22,401 nucleotides of DNA from Candidatus Muiribacteriota bacterium (GTDB taxonomy: Bacteria > Muiribacteriota > Muiribacteriia > Muiribacteriales > Muiribacteriaceae): the NCBI GenBank assembly GCA_051747805.1, contig JBNJGP010000046.1, positions 1 to 22,401 of the forward strand. Direction: 5' to 3'. The notes beneath the pieces were generated by a model. The model saw only the letters and a program-made list of their open reading frames with translations, did no database searches and was not told where the DNA came from. The position numbers and the translations under genes were made by a program. Positions 1-9,900 of this stretch are shown here, one piece after another; positions within the stretch are counted from its first letter, which is position 1, and each line of letters starts with the position of its first letter.

Positions 1-321
1 GTCTGGTTTTACGATATGGAATCAGACGGATATTCCCTGGACGACAAAAGACAGCCTGTGGAAAATAGCGATATTCCGGATATTGTTAAAAGGTTTCATA
101 ATCTTGAAAATGAAAACAAAAGATCGAGAACAGACAAGTCTTTCATGGTTCCAAAAGATGAAATAAAAGAAAACGATTTTGATCTTTCCATAAACAGGTA
201 TAAGGAGATTATTTACGAAGAGGTTGATTATGATCCTCCATCAGAAATTCTTGAAAGGGTTTCAGAGATTGAAAAGGAGATTAATAAAGGTATTGATGAG
301 CTTCGGGGGTTGGTTGGATGA
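1..321 (+). CDS. hsdM: Type I restriction-modification methyltransferase subunit M, C-terminal part (5'-truncated by the window edge)
   Basis: The frame is open from base 1 (VWFYD-MESDGYSLDDKR...SFMVPKDEIKENDFDLSINRYKE...PPSEIL), a typical HsdM C-terminus. The ATG at 16 is an internal Met. The stop overlaps the hsdS start (ATGA, 318-321). Confidence 0.93.
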   Translation, partial: VWFYDMESDGYSLDDKRQPVENSDIPDIVKRFHNLENENKRSRTDKSFMVPKDEIKENDFDLSINRYKEIIYEEVDYDPPSEILERVSEIEKEINKGIDELRGLVG

Positions 322-1475
322 ATTGGGAAAGAGTTAAGTTAGGTGATATTGCAACATATATAAATGGGTATTCCTTTAAACCAACTGACTGGTCTTATAA
401 AGGATTACCTATAATAAGAATTCAAAATCTTACTAATCCTGAAGCAGAATATAATTGCTTTGAAGGTTATTATAAATCAAAGTACGAAATTAATAATAAT
501 GACATTCTTATTTCATGGTCAGCAACATTAGGAGTTTTTAAATGGAATAGAGGAAAAGCTCTTCTCAATCAGCATATTTTTAAAGTTATTTTTGATAAAA
601 AAAATGTTAATAAAGATTTTTTTGTATATATGGTTAATCAAGAACTCAATAACTTAATGCGTAATACGCATGGTTCGACCATGAAGCATATAACTAAAAA
701 AAGATTTGAAAATCATCTAATATTACTTCCGCCTCTCGAAACCCAGAAAAAAATAGTAAATATCCTTGATAAGGCACAGGCTCTTATAAACAAGAGAAAA
801 GAACAGATAGAGCTTATGGATAAACTTGTTCAAAGCCTTTTTTACGATATGTTTGGTGATCCTGTTGTTAATCCTAAAAATTGGGAAATTCAATTTTTAA
901 GTTTTGTAGCAGAAATCAAGTCAGGAGTAACTAAAGGAAGAAAATTAAATAACCAAAAAACTGTCTCAGTACCTTATATGCGAGTTGCTAATGTACAAGA
1001 TGGATATTTAGATTTAAATGATATATCTAACATTGAAGTTTTACCATCTGACATTGAGAAATATGGTCTTAAAAAAAATGATCTTTTACTTACAGAAGGG
1101 GGTGATCCCGACAAGCTAGGTCGAGGAGCAATCTGGAAAAATGAAATCAAAAATTGTATCCACCAAAACCATATCTTTAGAATAAGACTGAATTCTAATG
1201 TTTTAAATGCACAATTTGCTTCAAATCTAATAGGCAGTACAAGAGGTAAAAGATATTTTTTAAAATCAGCTAAACAAACTACTGGTATTGCTTCTATAAA
1301 TATGACGCAGTTAAAAAAATTTCCTTTTTTAATTCCACCTCTTGAATTACAAAACCAATTCGCAGAAAAAGTAGAAAAAATAGAACACCAGAAAAAACTG
1401 ATGCAAAAATCCTTAAAAGAGCTTGAAGACAACTTTAATTCACTTATGCAAAAAGCATTTAAAGGAGAGATATAA
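318..1475 (+). CDS. hsdS: Type I restriction-modification specificity subunit S (two TRDs)
   Basis: 385 aa. Starts W-x-x-V-x-LGDI. Two variable TRDs, each followed by a conserved helix (PPLETQKKIVNILDKAQ...LFYDMFGDP and PPLELQNQFAEKVEKIE...LMQKAFKGE). Lies between hsdM and hsdR. Confidence 0.96.
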   Translation: MNWERVKLGDIATYINGYSFKPTDWSYKGLPIIRIQNLTNPEAEYNCFEGYYKSKYEINNNDILISWSATLGVFKWNRGKALLNQHIFKVIFDKKNVNKDFFVYMVNQELNNLMRNTHGSTMKHITKKRFENHLILLPPLETQKKIVNILDKAQALINKRKEQIELMDKLVQSLFYDMFGDPVVNPKNWEIQFLSFVAEIKSGVTKGRKLNNQKTVSVPYMRVANVQDGYLDLNDISNIEVLPSDIEKYGLKKNDLLLTEGGDPDKLGRGAIWKNEIKNCIHQNHIFRIRLNSNVLNAQFASNLIGSTRGKRYFLKSAKQTTGIASINMTQLKKFPFLIPPLELQNQFAEKVEKIEHQKKLMQKSLKELEDNFNSLMQKAFKGEI

Positions 1476-4400
1476 ATGGAATCAAACTTCTCATACCTTG
1501 ATAAGGACAAAAAGTATAAAGATATACAAAAAGCCTGCATCGAGGCTGAGAAGGCATTTCTTGCATCTTACTCCACTGCGGCCATTCAAATCAGAAGAGC
1601 TCTTGAGATTTCAGTAAAATGGACATACAGATTTGATTCAGATCTTAGAATTCCATACAGGGATAATCTTTCATCCCTTATTCACAACCTTGATTTTAAA
1701 GAGATTATAGACCAAAAGCTTTTTCCAAGAATTAAATTTATTATAGATCTCGGCAACAAGGCAGCACATACTCCAAAGCCTGTTACAAGGGATCAGGCTG
1801 TCGAATCTTTAAGAAATCTTTTCGATTTTATATCCTGGATAGATTTTTCATACTCTGAAGATATAAATGAAAAACCTTTTAATTCATCCATTGTCCCGGA
1901 CGGACAATACTATGAACAAAAGACAAGAAAGATTCAGGAAGAACTTGCAAAAAAACAGGAGGAATGGAGAAAAAAGCAAAAAGAGCTTGAAGATCAGCTT
2001 GAATCTGAAAAAGAAAGAAACCTGAACTCTAACCTTAGAAAAGAAAACTCTGAATCAAGAAGCTTTGTCTGCGATGACATAAGCGAGTTTAAGACAAGGA
2101 AGCTATATATTGACCTTGCCCTGGAATCCTGCGGATGGGAAGTCGGAAACGACTGTATTGAAGAGGTTGAGCTTTCTGGAATGCCTGGAGCTTCAGGAAA
2201 GGGTTATGCAGATTATGTTCTTTACTCAGACAACGGAAAGCCAATGGCTGTTGTGGAGGCAAAAAGAACATCCAATGACCCCAAAAAAGGGAAGGTTCAG
2301 GCAAAACTTTATGCAGACTGTCTTGAAAAAGAGTATAATACAAGACCTCTTATATTCTTTACAAACGGATTTGAAACCTGGTTCTGGGACGATAATGAAT
2401 ATCCTGAAAGACTTGTCTCAGGTTTTTTTACAAAGGACGAGCTTGACTGGCATCTTTACAGTCAAAAGCATAAAAAAGATATTTCAAAGGTAAATATAAA
2501 CCAGAATATTACAGACAGACCATACCAGCAAAAGGCTGTTCAGGCGGTTTGTGATACATTTCAGTCGGGACAGAGAAAGGCACTTCTTGTTATGGCAACA
2601 GGTTCCGGAAAAACAAGGACTGCAGTCTCCATAACAGATGTATTGCTTAAAAACGGGTGGATAAAAAACATTCTTTTCCTTGCAGACAGAAGAGAGCTTG
2701 TAAAGCAGGCAAAAAAAAGTTTTTCCAACCTTCTTCCATCTCTTAGTATATGCAACCTCCTTGATAAAGCAGATGATCCAAAAAGCAGGATGGTCTTTTC
2801 AACCTATCCCACAATAATGAATGCCATAGACGACAAAACAGATAATTCAGGATTAAAGCTTTTTACTCCGGGTCATTTCGATCTTATTATCGTGGATGAA
2901 TCCCACAGATCTATATACAAAAAGTATCAGGATATATTCAAATATTTTGACGGACATCTTTTAGGTCTTACAGCCACCCCTAAAAACGATATAGACAAAA
3001 ACACATACTCAATATTTAATATTGAAAACGATGTACCAACATTTGCATACGAGCTTGAAGAGGCTGTAAATGAAGGTTTCCTTGTTCCATATACAACCAT
3101 AGAAACAAAAATGAAGTTTATTGAAGACGGCATTCACTATGATGAATTAAGTGATGAGGAAAAAGAGACATGGGAAGATACATTTGATGATGATGTAAAA
3201 GATGTTTCAGGAGAAGCTTTAAACAGCTTTTTATTCAATGACGACACAATAGACAAGGTTATTTCAGACCTTATGGAAAAAGGGATAAAGGTTGAAGGCG
3301 GAGACAAAATTGGAAAAACCATAATTTTTGCAAAAAATACAAAACATGCAGAATTTATAATTCAGAGATTTAACAGGCTTTATCCCTCCTATGCCGGTAA
3401 AACAGCTGCAACAATATATAATGGAATCAAGTATGTAGATTCTTTAATAGAAGATTTTTCCCAAAAAAATAAACCTCCCCATATTGCAATATCTGTTGAT
3501 ATGCTCGATACAGGAATAGACATTCCCGAAGTTGTAAATCTTGTATTTTTTAAAAAAATAAGATCAAAAGCCAAATTCTGGCAGATGATAGGGCGGGGAA
3601 CAAGGCTTTGCAAAGATTTATTCGGGCCTTATGATGATAAAAAGAATTTTCTTATTTTTGATTATTGCTCCAATTTTGAATTTTTCAGAATAAATAAAAA
3701 CGGAGTTGAAGGAGTAAGCGTAAAATCTTTAAGTGAAAATATATTTAATATTAAGGTAAAGATTGCAAGAGAGCTTGAGCATTCAGATTTTCAAAATGAG
3801 CATTACAAAAGCTTCAGGGATGAGCTTGTACAAAGTTTTGTAAAAGAGATCAACAGGCTTGATGAAAATCTTTTTTCAAATAAAATGAGAATTAAGTATA
3901 TTCACAGGTATAAAAATATTGAAAAGTGGAATTCAATCTCTGAAAAAATGGTAAAAGAGCTTGAAGATGAGATTGCCCCTGTTCTTATACCTTCTGAAGA
4001 TCCTGAGTCTGCAAAAAGGTTTGATCTTTTGATGTATACTCTCGAGCTTTTCTATCTTCAGGGGATCAGTATTTACAAGCAAAGATCAAAGCTTGTATCA
4101 ACTGCTGAAAAGCTTGAAACAAAAGGTAATCTTCCCCAGATAAGAAAAAACAGAAAGCTTATTTCAGATATTCAGACGCCTGAATTCTTTGAAAATGCTG
4201 ATATTAAGGAGTATGAAGAGGTAAGAAAAAGATTAAGAGATCTTGTTGCCCTTCTTGAAACTGAAGAAGCACAGATTTATTTTACCTCTTTTGAAGATGA
4301 AATTCTGGAAGTTGTTGAAAATCAGACAGAGTTTAATACAAGCGAATTTCAAAACTACAGAAAAAAAGTAGATCATTATCTTAAAAATCACAAAGACGAT

Positions 4401-4817
4401 ATTGCAGTTTATAAGCTTAAAAATAACAAGCCTATAACAGATTCTGAGATAAAACATCTTGAAAAGATTTTACTACACGACCTTGGAACAAGAAAAGATT
4501 ATGAAAAAGAGTTTGGAAACCAGCCCCTTGTAAAGCTTGTTGCAGGTCTTGTAGGTCTTGAAAGGGAGGCTGCAAACAAAGTATTTGCTGAATTTTTAAA
4601 TGACAATTCCCTAAACTCCAACCAGATGGAGTTTGTAAACCTTGTTGTAGATTATATTGTTAAAAATGGCAGAATGGATAAAAAGGTATTGAACGATCAT
4701 CCTTTCAACAAGTTCGGAAGCATCAGCTATCTTTTTGAAGACAAAAAAAGCATAGTAAAAAGCCTTGTTAAAAAGATAGATGAGATTAATCAGAGGGTTG
4801 AAAATCAGGCTTTATAG
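1476..4817 (+). CDS. hsdR: Type I restriction endonuclease subunit R (EcoEI/EcoKI-like DEAD/DEAH motor-nuclease with N-terminal DUF4145-like domain)
   Basis: 1113 aa. Nuclease motifs ADYVL...VVEAKR and QAKLY, Walker A MATGSGKT, Walker B DESH, motif III LTATP, motif VI QMIGRGTR. N-terminal RRALE...LGNKAAH (DUF4145-like) and a helical C-terminal domain. The start directly follows the hsdS stop (TAAATG). Confidence 0.96.
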   Translation: MESNFSYLDKDKKYKDIQKACIEAEKAFLASYSTAAIQIRRALEISVKWTYRFDSDLRIPYRDNLSSLIHNLDFKEIIDQKLFPRIKFIIDLGNKAAHTPKPVTRDQAVESLRNLFDFISWIDFSYSEDINEKPFNSSIVPDGQYYEQKTRKIQEELAKKQEEWRKKQKELEDQLESEKERNLNSNLRKENSESRSFVCDDISEFKTRKLYIDLALESCGWEVGNDCIEEVELSGMPGASGKGYADYVLYSDNGKPMAVVEAKRTSNDPKKGKVQAKLYADCLEKEYNTRPLIFFTNGFETWFWDDNEYPERLVSGFFTKDELDWHLYSQKHKKDISKVNINQNITDRPYQQKAVQAVCDTFQSGQRKALLVMATGSGKTRTAVSITDVLLKNGWIKNILFLADRRELVKQAKKSFSNLLPSLSICNLLDKADDPKSRMVFSTYPTIMNAIDDKTDNSGLKLFTPGHFDLIIVDESHRSIYKKYQDIFKYFDGHLLGLTATPKNDIDKNTYSIFNIENDVPTFAYELEEAVNEGFLVPYTTIETKMKFIEDGIHYDELSDEEKETWEDTFDDDVKDVSGEALNSFLFNDDTIDKVISDLMEKGIKVEGGDKIGKTIIFAKNTKHAEFIIQRFNRLYPSYAGKTAATIYNGIKYVDSLIEDFSQKNKPPHIAISVDMLDTGIDIPEVVNLVFFKKIRSKAKFWQMIGRGTRLCKDLFGPYDDKKNFLIFDYCSNFEFFRINKNGVEGVSVKSLSENIFNIKVKIARELEHSDFQNEHYKSFRDELVQSFVKEINRLDENLFSNKMRIKYIHRYKNIEKWNSISEKMVKELEDEIAPVLIPSEDPESAKRFDLLMYTLELFYLQGISIYKQRSKLVSTAEKLETKGNLPQIRKNRKLISDIQTPEFFENADIKEYEEVRKRLRDLVALLETEEAQIYFTSFEDEILEVVENQTEFNTSEFQNYRKKVDHYLKNHKDDIAVYKLKNNKPITDSEIKHLEKILLHDLGTRKDYEKEFGNQPLVKLVAGLVGLEREAANKVFAEFLNDNSLNSNQMEFVNLVVDYIVKNGRMDKKVLNDHPFNKFGSISYLFEDKKSIVKSLVKKIDEINQRVENQAL

Positions 4818-4846
4818 TTTTTATATTTCAACTAACACCCAATTAA

Positions 4847-4875
4847 TTTACCATCAACTCAAATTGAACTATTAT
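4847..4875 (+). promoter_or_regulatory. Candidate sigma70 promoter for the 297-aa ORF
   Basis: TTTACC (4847-4852), 17-nt spacer, TATTAT (4870-4875), followed by an AAGGAG Shine-Dalgarno before ATG 4899. The AT-rich context makes chance matches common. Confidence 0.35.
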
Positions 4876-4898
4876 TAGTTAGAATAAAAAGGAGTTTC

Positions 4899-5792
4899 AT
4901 GTTTAAAGTAGCTGAAAAAATGAAGAAAAAAGAGTATTTAAATTTATTAGCTGATTTTATAACTAACAACCACAACATAAGTTTTGAAGAATATTTTAAA
5001 ATACGTGAAAATGAATTCATTAATACTTTATGCTTTCTTTATGAAATAAAGGAAAATGAAACATCTGCACCCCCGGAGTATTTTAATAATGAAGACCTTC
5101 TTTTCAGATTTAATAAATTTATTGGAGATTCAAAATTTGATGAAAAAACAGATTTTATTAATAATGATTCAACCTTTGATATTGAATTCGATATTGAAGA
5201 CCTACAACCTATAGAGTTTTTTTATAAAAACGATTCTTTCCTTCATAGCCTTTCAACCTATGAACTCAGCATATTAAACCTTGCATTTATAAATAAAAAT
5301 AAAGATATGGCATTCGATGTGGTTCTGCCTCCTGAAATTTTACCTGATGAATATAAAAACAGACTTCTTTCAAATTTTAACAAAAATATTTTTTTAAATC
5401 TCCTCAACGAATTTCCTGTAAACAACATTAAATTTTATCCCCTGCATAAAGAGCCTGAGATCAGAACAGATCTAAAACCATATATCTGGATAATTGATAT
5501 GCTTATGTTTCATTCAGGGCTTGACTTGAAAAACTATCAAGACCATAGAGTTCATTTTATTTATGTATATTTAAATCTTTTGAACTTTCTTAATTATAAC
5601 GAATCCCAGCTATCACTTATAATTAATGAGTACCAAAATTTTCTTAACTATTTTTTTGAAGGACTTGAAAAAATCCCCGCAGATAAAATACAACAAAGAA
5701 AAAATATGCTTAAAGAAAAGCTTAACAGCCACAAGCTGGCAATGAAACAACCCCATGATAACGAATTGTTTTATCAGATTATAGAAAAATGA
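4899..5792 (+). CDS. Hypothetical protein (297 aa)
   Basis: Long ORF with a strong RBS (AAAGGAG-tttc-ATG). Rich in N/F/I/L/E with no recognisable motif. Confidence 0.8.
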   Translation: MFKVAEKMKKKEYLNLLADFITNNHNISFEEYFKIRENEFINTLCFLYEIKENETSAPPEYFNNEDLLFRFNKFIGDSKFDEKTDFINNDSTFDIEFDIEDLQPIEFFYKNDSFLHSLSTYELSILNLAFINKNKDMAFDVVLPPEILPDEYKNRLLSNFNKNIFLNLLNEFPVNNIKFYPLHKEPEIRTDLKPYIWIIDMLMFHSGLDLKNYQDHRVHFIYVYLNLLNFLNYNESQLSLIINEYQNFLNYFFEGLEKIPADKIQQRKNMLKEKLNSHKLAMKQPHDNELFYQIIEK

Positions 5793-5996
5793 TTTTTTTC
5801 AACAAAATTACAACAACTTTGCAAAAGCAAATAAAATAGAACCATTTGGTTCCTAAGACATCTTATTCCAAAACTTCCTGATGTAATGAATGAAGATGAT
5901 TATAGATCTCAGGTTCCCTGGTATATCGAATTCAAAAAGCTGCCTGATATTAATTCTATCTCATAAAATCCTGCCTGGGTAGATGAGGTTTATTGA
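5789..5996 (+). pseudogene. Possible degraded gene remnant coupled to the 297-aa ORF
   Basis: An ATGA overlap at 5789-5792 opens MIFFNKITTTLQKQIK*. A +1 shift near 5835 gives NRTIWFLRHLIPKLPDVMNEDDYRSQVPWYIEFKKLPDINSIS*NPAWVDEVY*, which has protein-like composition. Confidence 0.25.
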
Positions 5997-6111
5997 GCGT
6001 TTAGAATATTTGAAAAAATATAGCAGCCATTATTAAAAGTGCGTGTCAAATTTTTTAGCACTGGAGCTTTTAGCAGCCAAAAAATTATTTATTGATAATT
6101 CAAGTATAAAT

Positions 6112-6687
6112 TTATTTTTTGTCCCAATTAAAAATTTGTTCTTCCAGTTTATCTGCCAACACAGCTATTTCCAACATACAAGTGAAAATTTCCTGTAGAT
6201 CTTTTTCAATATCTATAAGCATTCTAACACCCATAATATTATTATCATCTAATACAATTTGTCCAAAAGGACTCTGGTTAGCAAGCCGTATGGCAAAGAC
6301 AGCCGCTTCGTCCATTGTTATCTCACCTACCTCACTATATATAGCAAATTTATTAGCCAAAAGCATTTCTATATAAAATTTAGCCAAATATACTGACTGG
6401 GTTCTTTTAGCTAGCTTATCAACTGGTAATTCAAATAGTAATATATCATTTGGAAATATTGTATGCCTTACTATTCTATCGCCATAGCTTTTAACAATAA
6501 AATCATAAACCTGCTGTAAATCTGAATCCTTACATATCAGCTCTTCTTCATCAAAGATAATTCCTGATTGCGAAGCCTCTGGGACAGTAATAACTGCATT
6601 GCAATTTGGACACTTTCCTCTTTGACCCGCTTTAACATCATCAACCTTGTGCCTAATACCACAAATATCGCAAAAGAATTCAATCAC
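6112..6687 (-). CDS. Zinc-ribbon (MJ0042-like finger) protein with C-terminal YbjN/type III secretion chaperone-like domain
   Basis: GTG start with AGGAG 8 nt upstream. N-terminal CDIC-x16-CPNC ribbon. The C-terminal pattern RTQSVYL...IYSEVGEI...RLANQSPFGQIVLDD...EIAVLADKLEEQIF resembles the YbjN/CesT-like fold (recognised by eye). Confidence 0.7.
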   Translation of the reverse strand: MIEFFCDICGIRHKVDDVKAGQRGKCPNCNAVITVPEASQSGIIFDEEELICKDSDLQQVYDFIVKSYGDRIVRHTIFPNDILLFELPVDKLAKRTQSVYLAKFYIEMLLANKFAIYSEVGEITMDEAAVFAIRLANQSPFGQIVLDDNNIMGVRMLIDIEKDLQEIFTCMLEIAVLADKLEEQIFNWDKK

Positions 6688-6915
6688 AACGTCATCTCCT
6701 TTAATGCCAGCGTTAATTAAATATTTTATTATAAAGCTTCATATAACTTAAAATATCATATAAGGTAAAGTTTAAATTTAATATTCATTATATATTCTCC
6801 AAAATATGAATAAATCCAATATTGTTCTTTTTTCTGCACTCTGATAAAAACGAATTTATTTATCCAACAATCAGGATTATGTTTAAAAATATAATATTTA
6901 AGGCCTATATCAACT

Positions 6916-9900
6916 ATGATTACAGAACCTAACTCGACAGCTAAAAAAGCATTAGATAACCTTCGTTTAAGACTTTTAGATCTTTCAGCAAAAAACAGTC
7001 TAATAAATTTCAAACATTCTAAAAAAAACAGTCTAAGAATAATTGACGAATTACCTGATCAACTTGCTAATGAACTTTTAGCTGATAAAGAAATGAGATT
7101 TATTCCTGTACCTGAGCCTAAAATTGATGAGCTGGAAGAAGCAGGTTATATTTACATTGATCCAGATACAAATCAAACTTCTTCGACTAAAAACTATCCA
7201 TCAGCCGAAGATTGGGCAAAGCACAAAGGACTTAAGACAGAATATCAAGTACCTAAACCTTCAGAGAGGGAGACTCAGCTTGAGAAGCATCAAGATAATG
7301 CCATTCAGGTTCTACACTACCCTCATGAAATGGAATCAAAATTAAAAAATCTGCTTCAAAGTTCTCAGTCAGCTATTTTGGAAACCGGAGCTAATATTTT
7401 ATACATGTCTTTTGGATTCCTCCAATGGTTTGAAGATAAAGCAAAGAATCCTTATGTTGCTCCTCTATTCCTTATTCCTGTTAGGATACATAAAGGAAGA
7501 TTAAACCCTGAAACAAGTATATATGAATATACATTAAAATATTCAGGTGAAGATATAATCCCAAATCTTTCTTTAAGAGAAAAATTAAAAAACGATTTTT
7601 CTATGGCTTTACCTGAACTGGATGAACTAAGTACCCCTGAAAAATACTTGCATAAAGTAGAAAACTTAATTAAATTTAACAAACCTGAATGGCAGGTGAA
7701 AAGATATATTTCACTTGCATTGCTTAACTTTAATAAATTATTAATGTACCTTGACCTTGATCCTTCCAACTGGCCAGCTGGATATAAAATTACCCATCAT
7801 CCAATAGTTTCAGAGTTTCTTACAGGCCGGGAAGTCAAATCAAAAATAAATAAAAGTTTTAATGAAGAGCATTTAATAGATGAAATTGATAATGTCCATA
7901 CAGACTACCCTATTATATATGATGCTGACAGTTCACAACACAGTGCAGTAATTGACGCAGTTAAAGGTAAAAATCTTGTTATAGAAGGTCCTCCTGGAAC
8001 AGGAAAATCTCAGACAATTACAAACATAATTGCTGCAGCAATGTCTCAAAAAAAAAGAGTACTTTTTGTTGCTGAAAAGCTTGCAGCACTTGAAGTAGTA
8101 AAAAATCGGCTGGACCAGGCCGGCCTTGGAGATTTTTGTCTTGAACTCCACAGTCATAACTCACAAAAAAGAAAAGTTTTGGATGAAATTAATTTAAGAC
8201 TTAATAATAAAGGTCGTTATAGAAGCCCTTCGAAAATAAACAATGAAATATCGAGATTCGAGGAGCATAAACAAACTCTTTCAGGTCATGTAAATTTAAT
8301 TAAATCCAAATGGAAAAATACAGGCATAAAAATACATCACATTTTTACCTCAGCATCATTTTATAGAAGTTTGTCAAAAATCAATCCTTCTGAACTTCAT
8401 CTGGAAAATTTTGACGGATGGAAATTAACAAGAGATATTCAAAGAAAAAACAAAGATCAAATAAAAGCATATATAAATGCATACAATGATATATCCAGCC
8501 AGCTTAAAGATAAAAACCAAATTGAAAATCACCCTTGGTATGGGCTATATAACCCGCATTTACAGATATTTGATCTCGAAAATGTAGAAAAAAAACTTTT
8601 AAACTGGCAAACAAGTCTGGCTTCTCTTTCAGCTGCATTAACAGATCTTTACACTGAATTAGATGTAAAAGATGATTTGTTTTTAAAATCATTGGATGAG
8701 TTGACTATTATAGCTGAAGATATTGAAAAATTATCAAAAATCAAAAAAAATGTTGACCACAAAAGCATACCCAGAATTATTGGGAATGATCTTGTTAATG
8801 TAAAAAATTACTACAATCTGTTTATACTTATACAAAAAGAATATAGAGATATCTCTAAAAAAACAGGCTCTAAAATACTAGAAAATCTCTCAAAAACAGA
8901 AAGTTATAAAAAAAGTTTTGTTCTTTTAAAACGTCATATCAATTCTTCTGTTAAACCTGCTACCATAGAAAGAGAACTTTACTCTGTAAAAAAAACATAT
9001 ACCGCTATATTAAATCTTAGTACTCCAATAAAAAATATAAAAAAAGCACTTGGCTGTTCTTCAGAAAAAATTTTAAACATGACACCAGCGGGTATTAAGG
9101 AGGTTAAAAAAATAATTGAGTTAGTAGTAAGTCTGCCCCCCTATTGTTGGCATTACAGAGACAGTTTGTTCGAAAACGATGAGCTTGATAATTTTTTGCC
9201 CAAACTAAAACAGGAAATTAATACGCTGAATGAACTCGAAAATAAACTGAAAAATATTTTTAACTTAAAAATACTACCTGATATCAATGAAATTATTGAC
9301 CTTCAATCTGAAATAAACTCTAAAAATATATTTCGTTGGTTTTCCAGGAGCTGGCATAAGTCAAGAAATAAATTAAAAAGTTTAAGTATAGATAATAAAT
9401 TGAAATTTTCAAAGTTATACTCTTACACAAACATGCTTATAGATTTTATAAACTTAAAGAACCAAATCAAAGCAAATCCAGACTACCAAAGGACGCTTGG
9501 GAGACATGCTAAAGGATCTGATACAGATATTGATATGCTCGTGTCTTTAAGAAACTGGTATAAATCAATCCGTATGGAATATGGAATTCTTTCAGAAGAC
9601 AGAGCAAATATAGGTAACTCTATTATCAAACTTGATCAAAAAGATGGACAAACAATCAGATATCTTTATGAAGAGGGAATAATATATAATATTGAAAAAA
9701 TACTAAATGAGCTTAATTCTAAAGCCGGCATTTTTAATCAGTTAAACGAAGTGGTTAAGAATAATTACTCTATTATTGGAGAAAAAGGAATAAATAAAAA
9801 TTTTATCTCTGAATTAGAAGAAGCTTTTATTAATATAAAGCATATTATAAATGATTCTATGTATATAAATGATTTATCTGAGCTTATAGAAAGGCTCGTT

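Noticed and set aside
16..321. 101-aa ORF as a complete small gene
   Set aside because: The frame is open to the window edge, so this is the tail of hsdM.
974..1540. 188-aa minus-strand ORF and other short ORFs inside hsdS/hsdR (1423-1617, 2089-2343, 2110-2493, 2561-4457)
   Set aside because: Antisense or off-frame shadows of well-supported genes with no motifs.
6054..6081. TTAGCACT resembling a CIRCE half-site
   Set aside because: The second arm (GAGTGCTAA after 9 nt) is absent and the site lies between converging gene ends.
6879..6932. 17-codon uORF (MFKNIIFKAYINYDYRT) overlapping the helicase start
   Set aside because: AGGA is only 2 nt from the ATG, and the ORF is short enough to be chance in AT-rich DNA.
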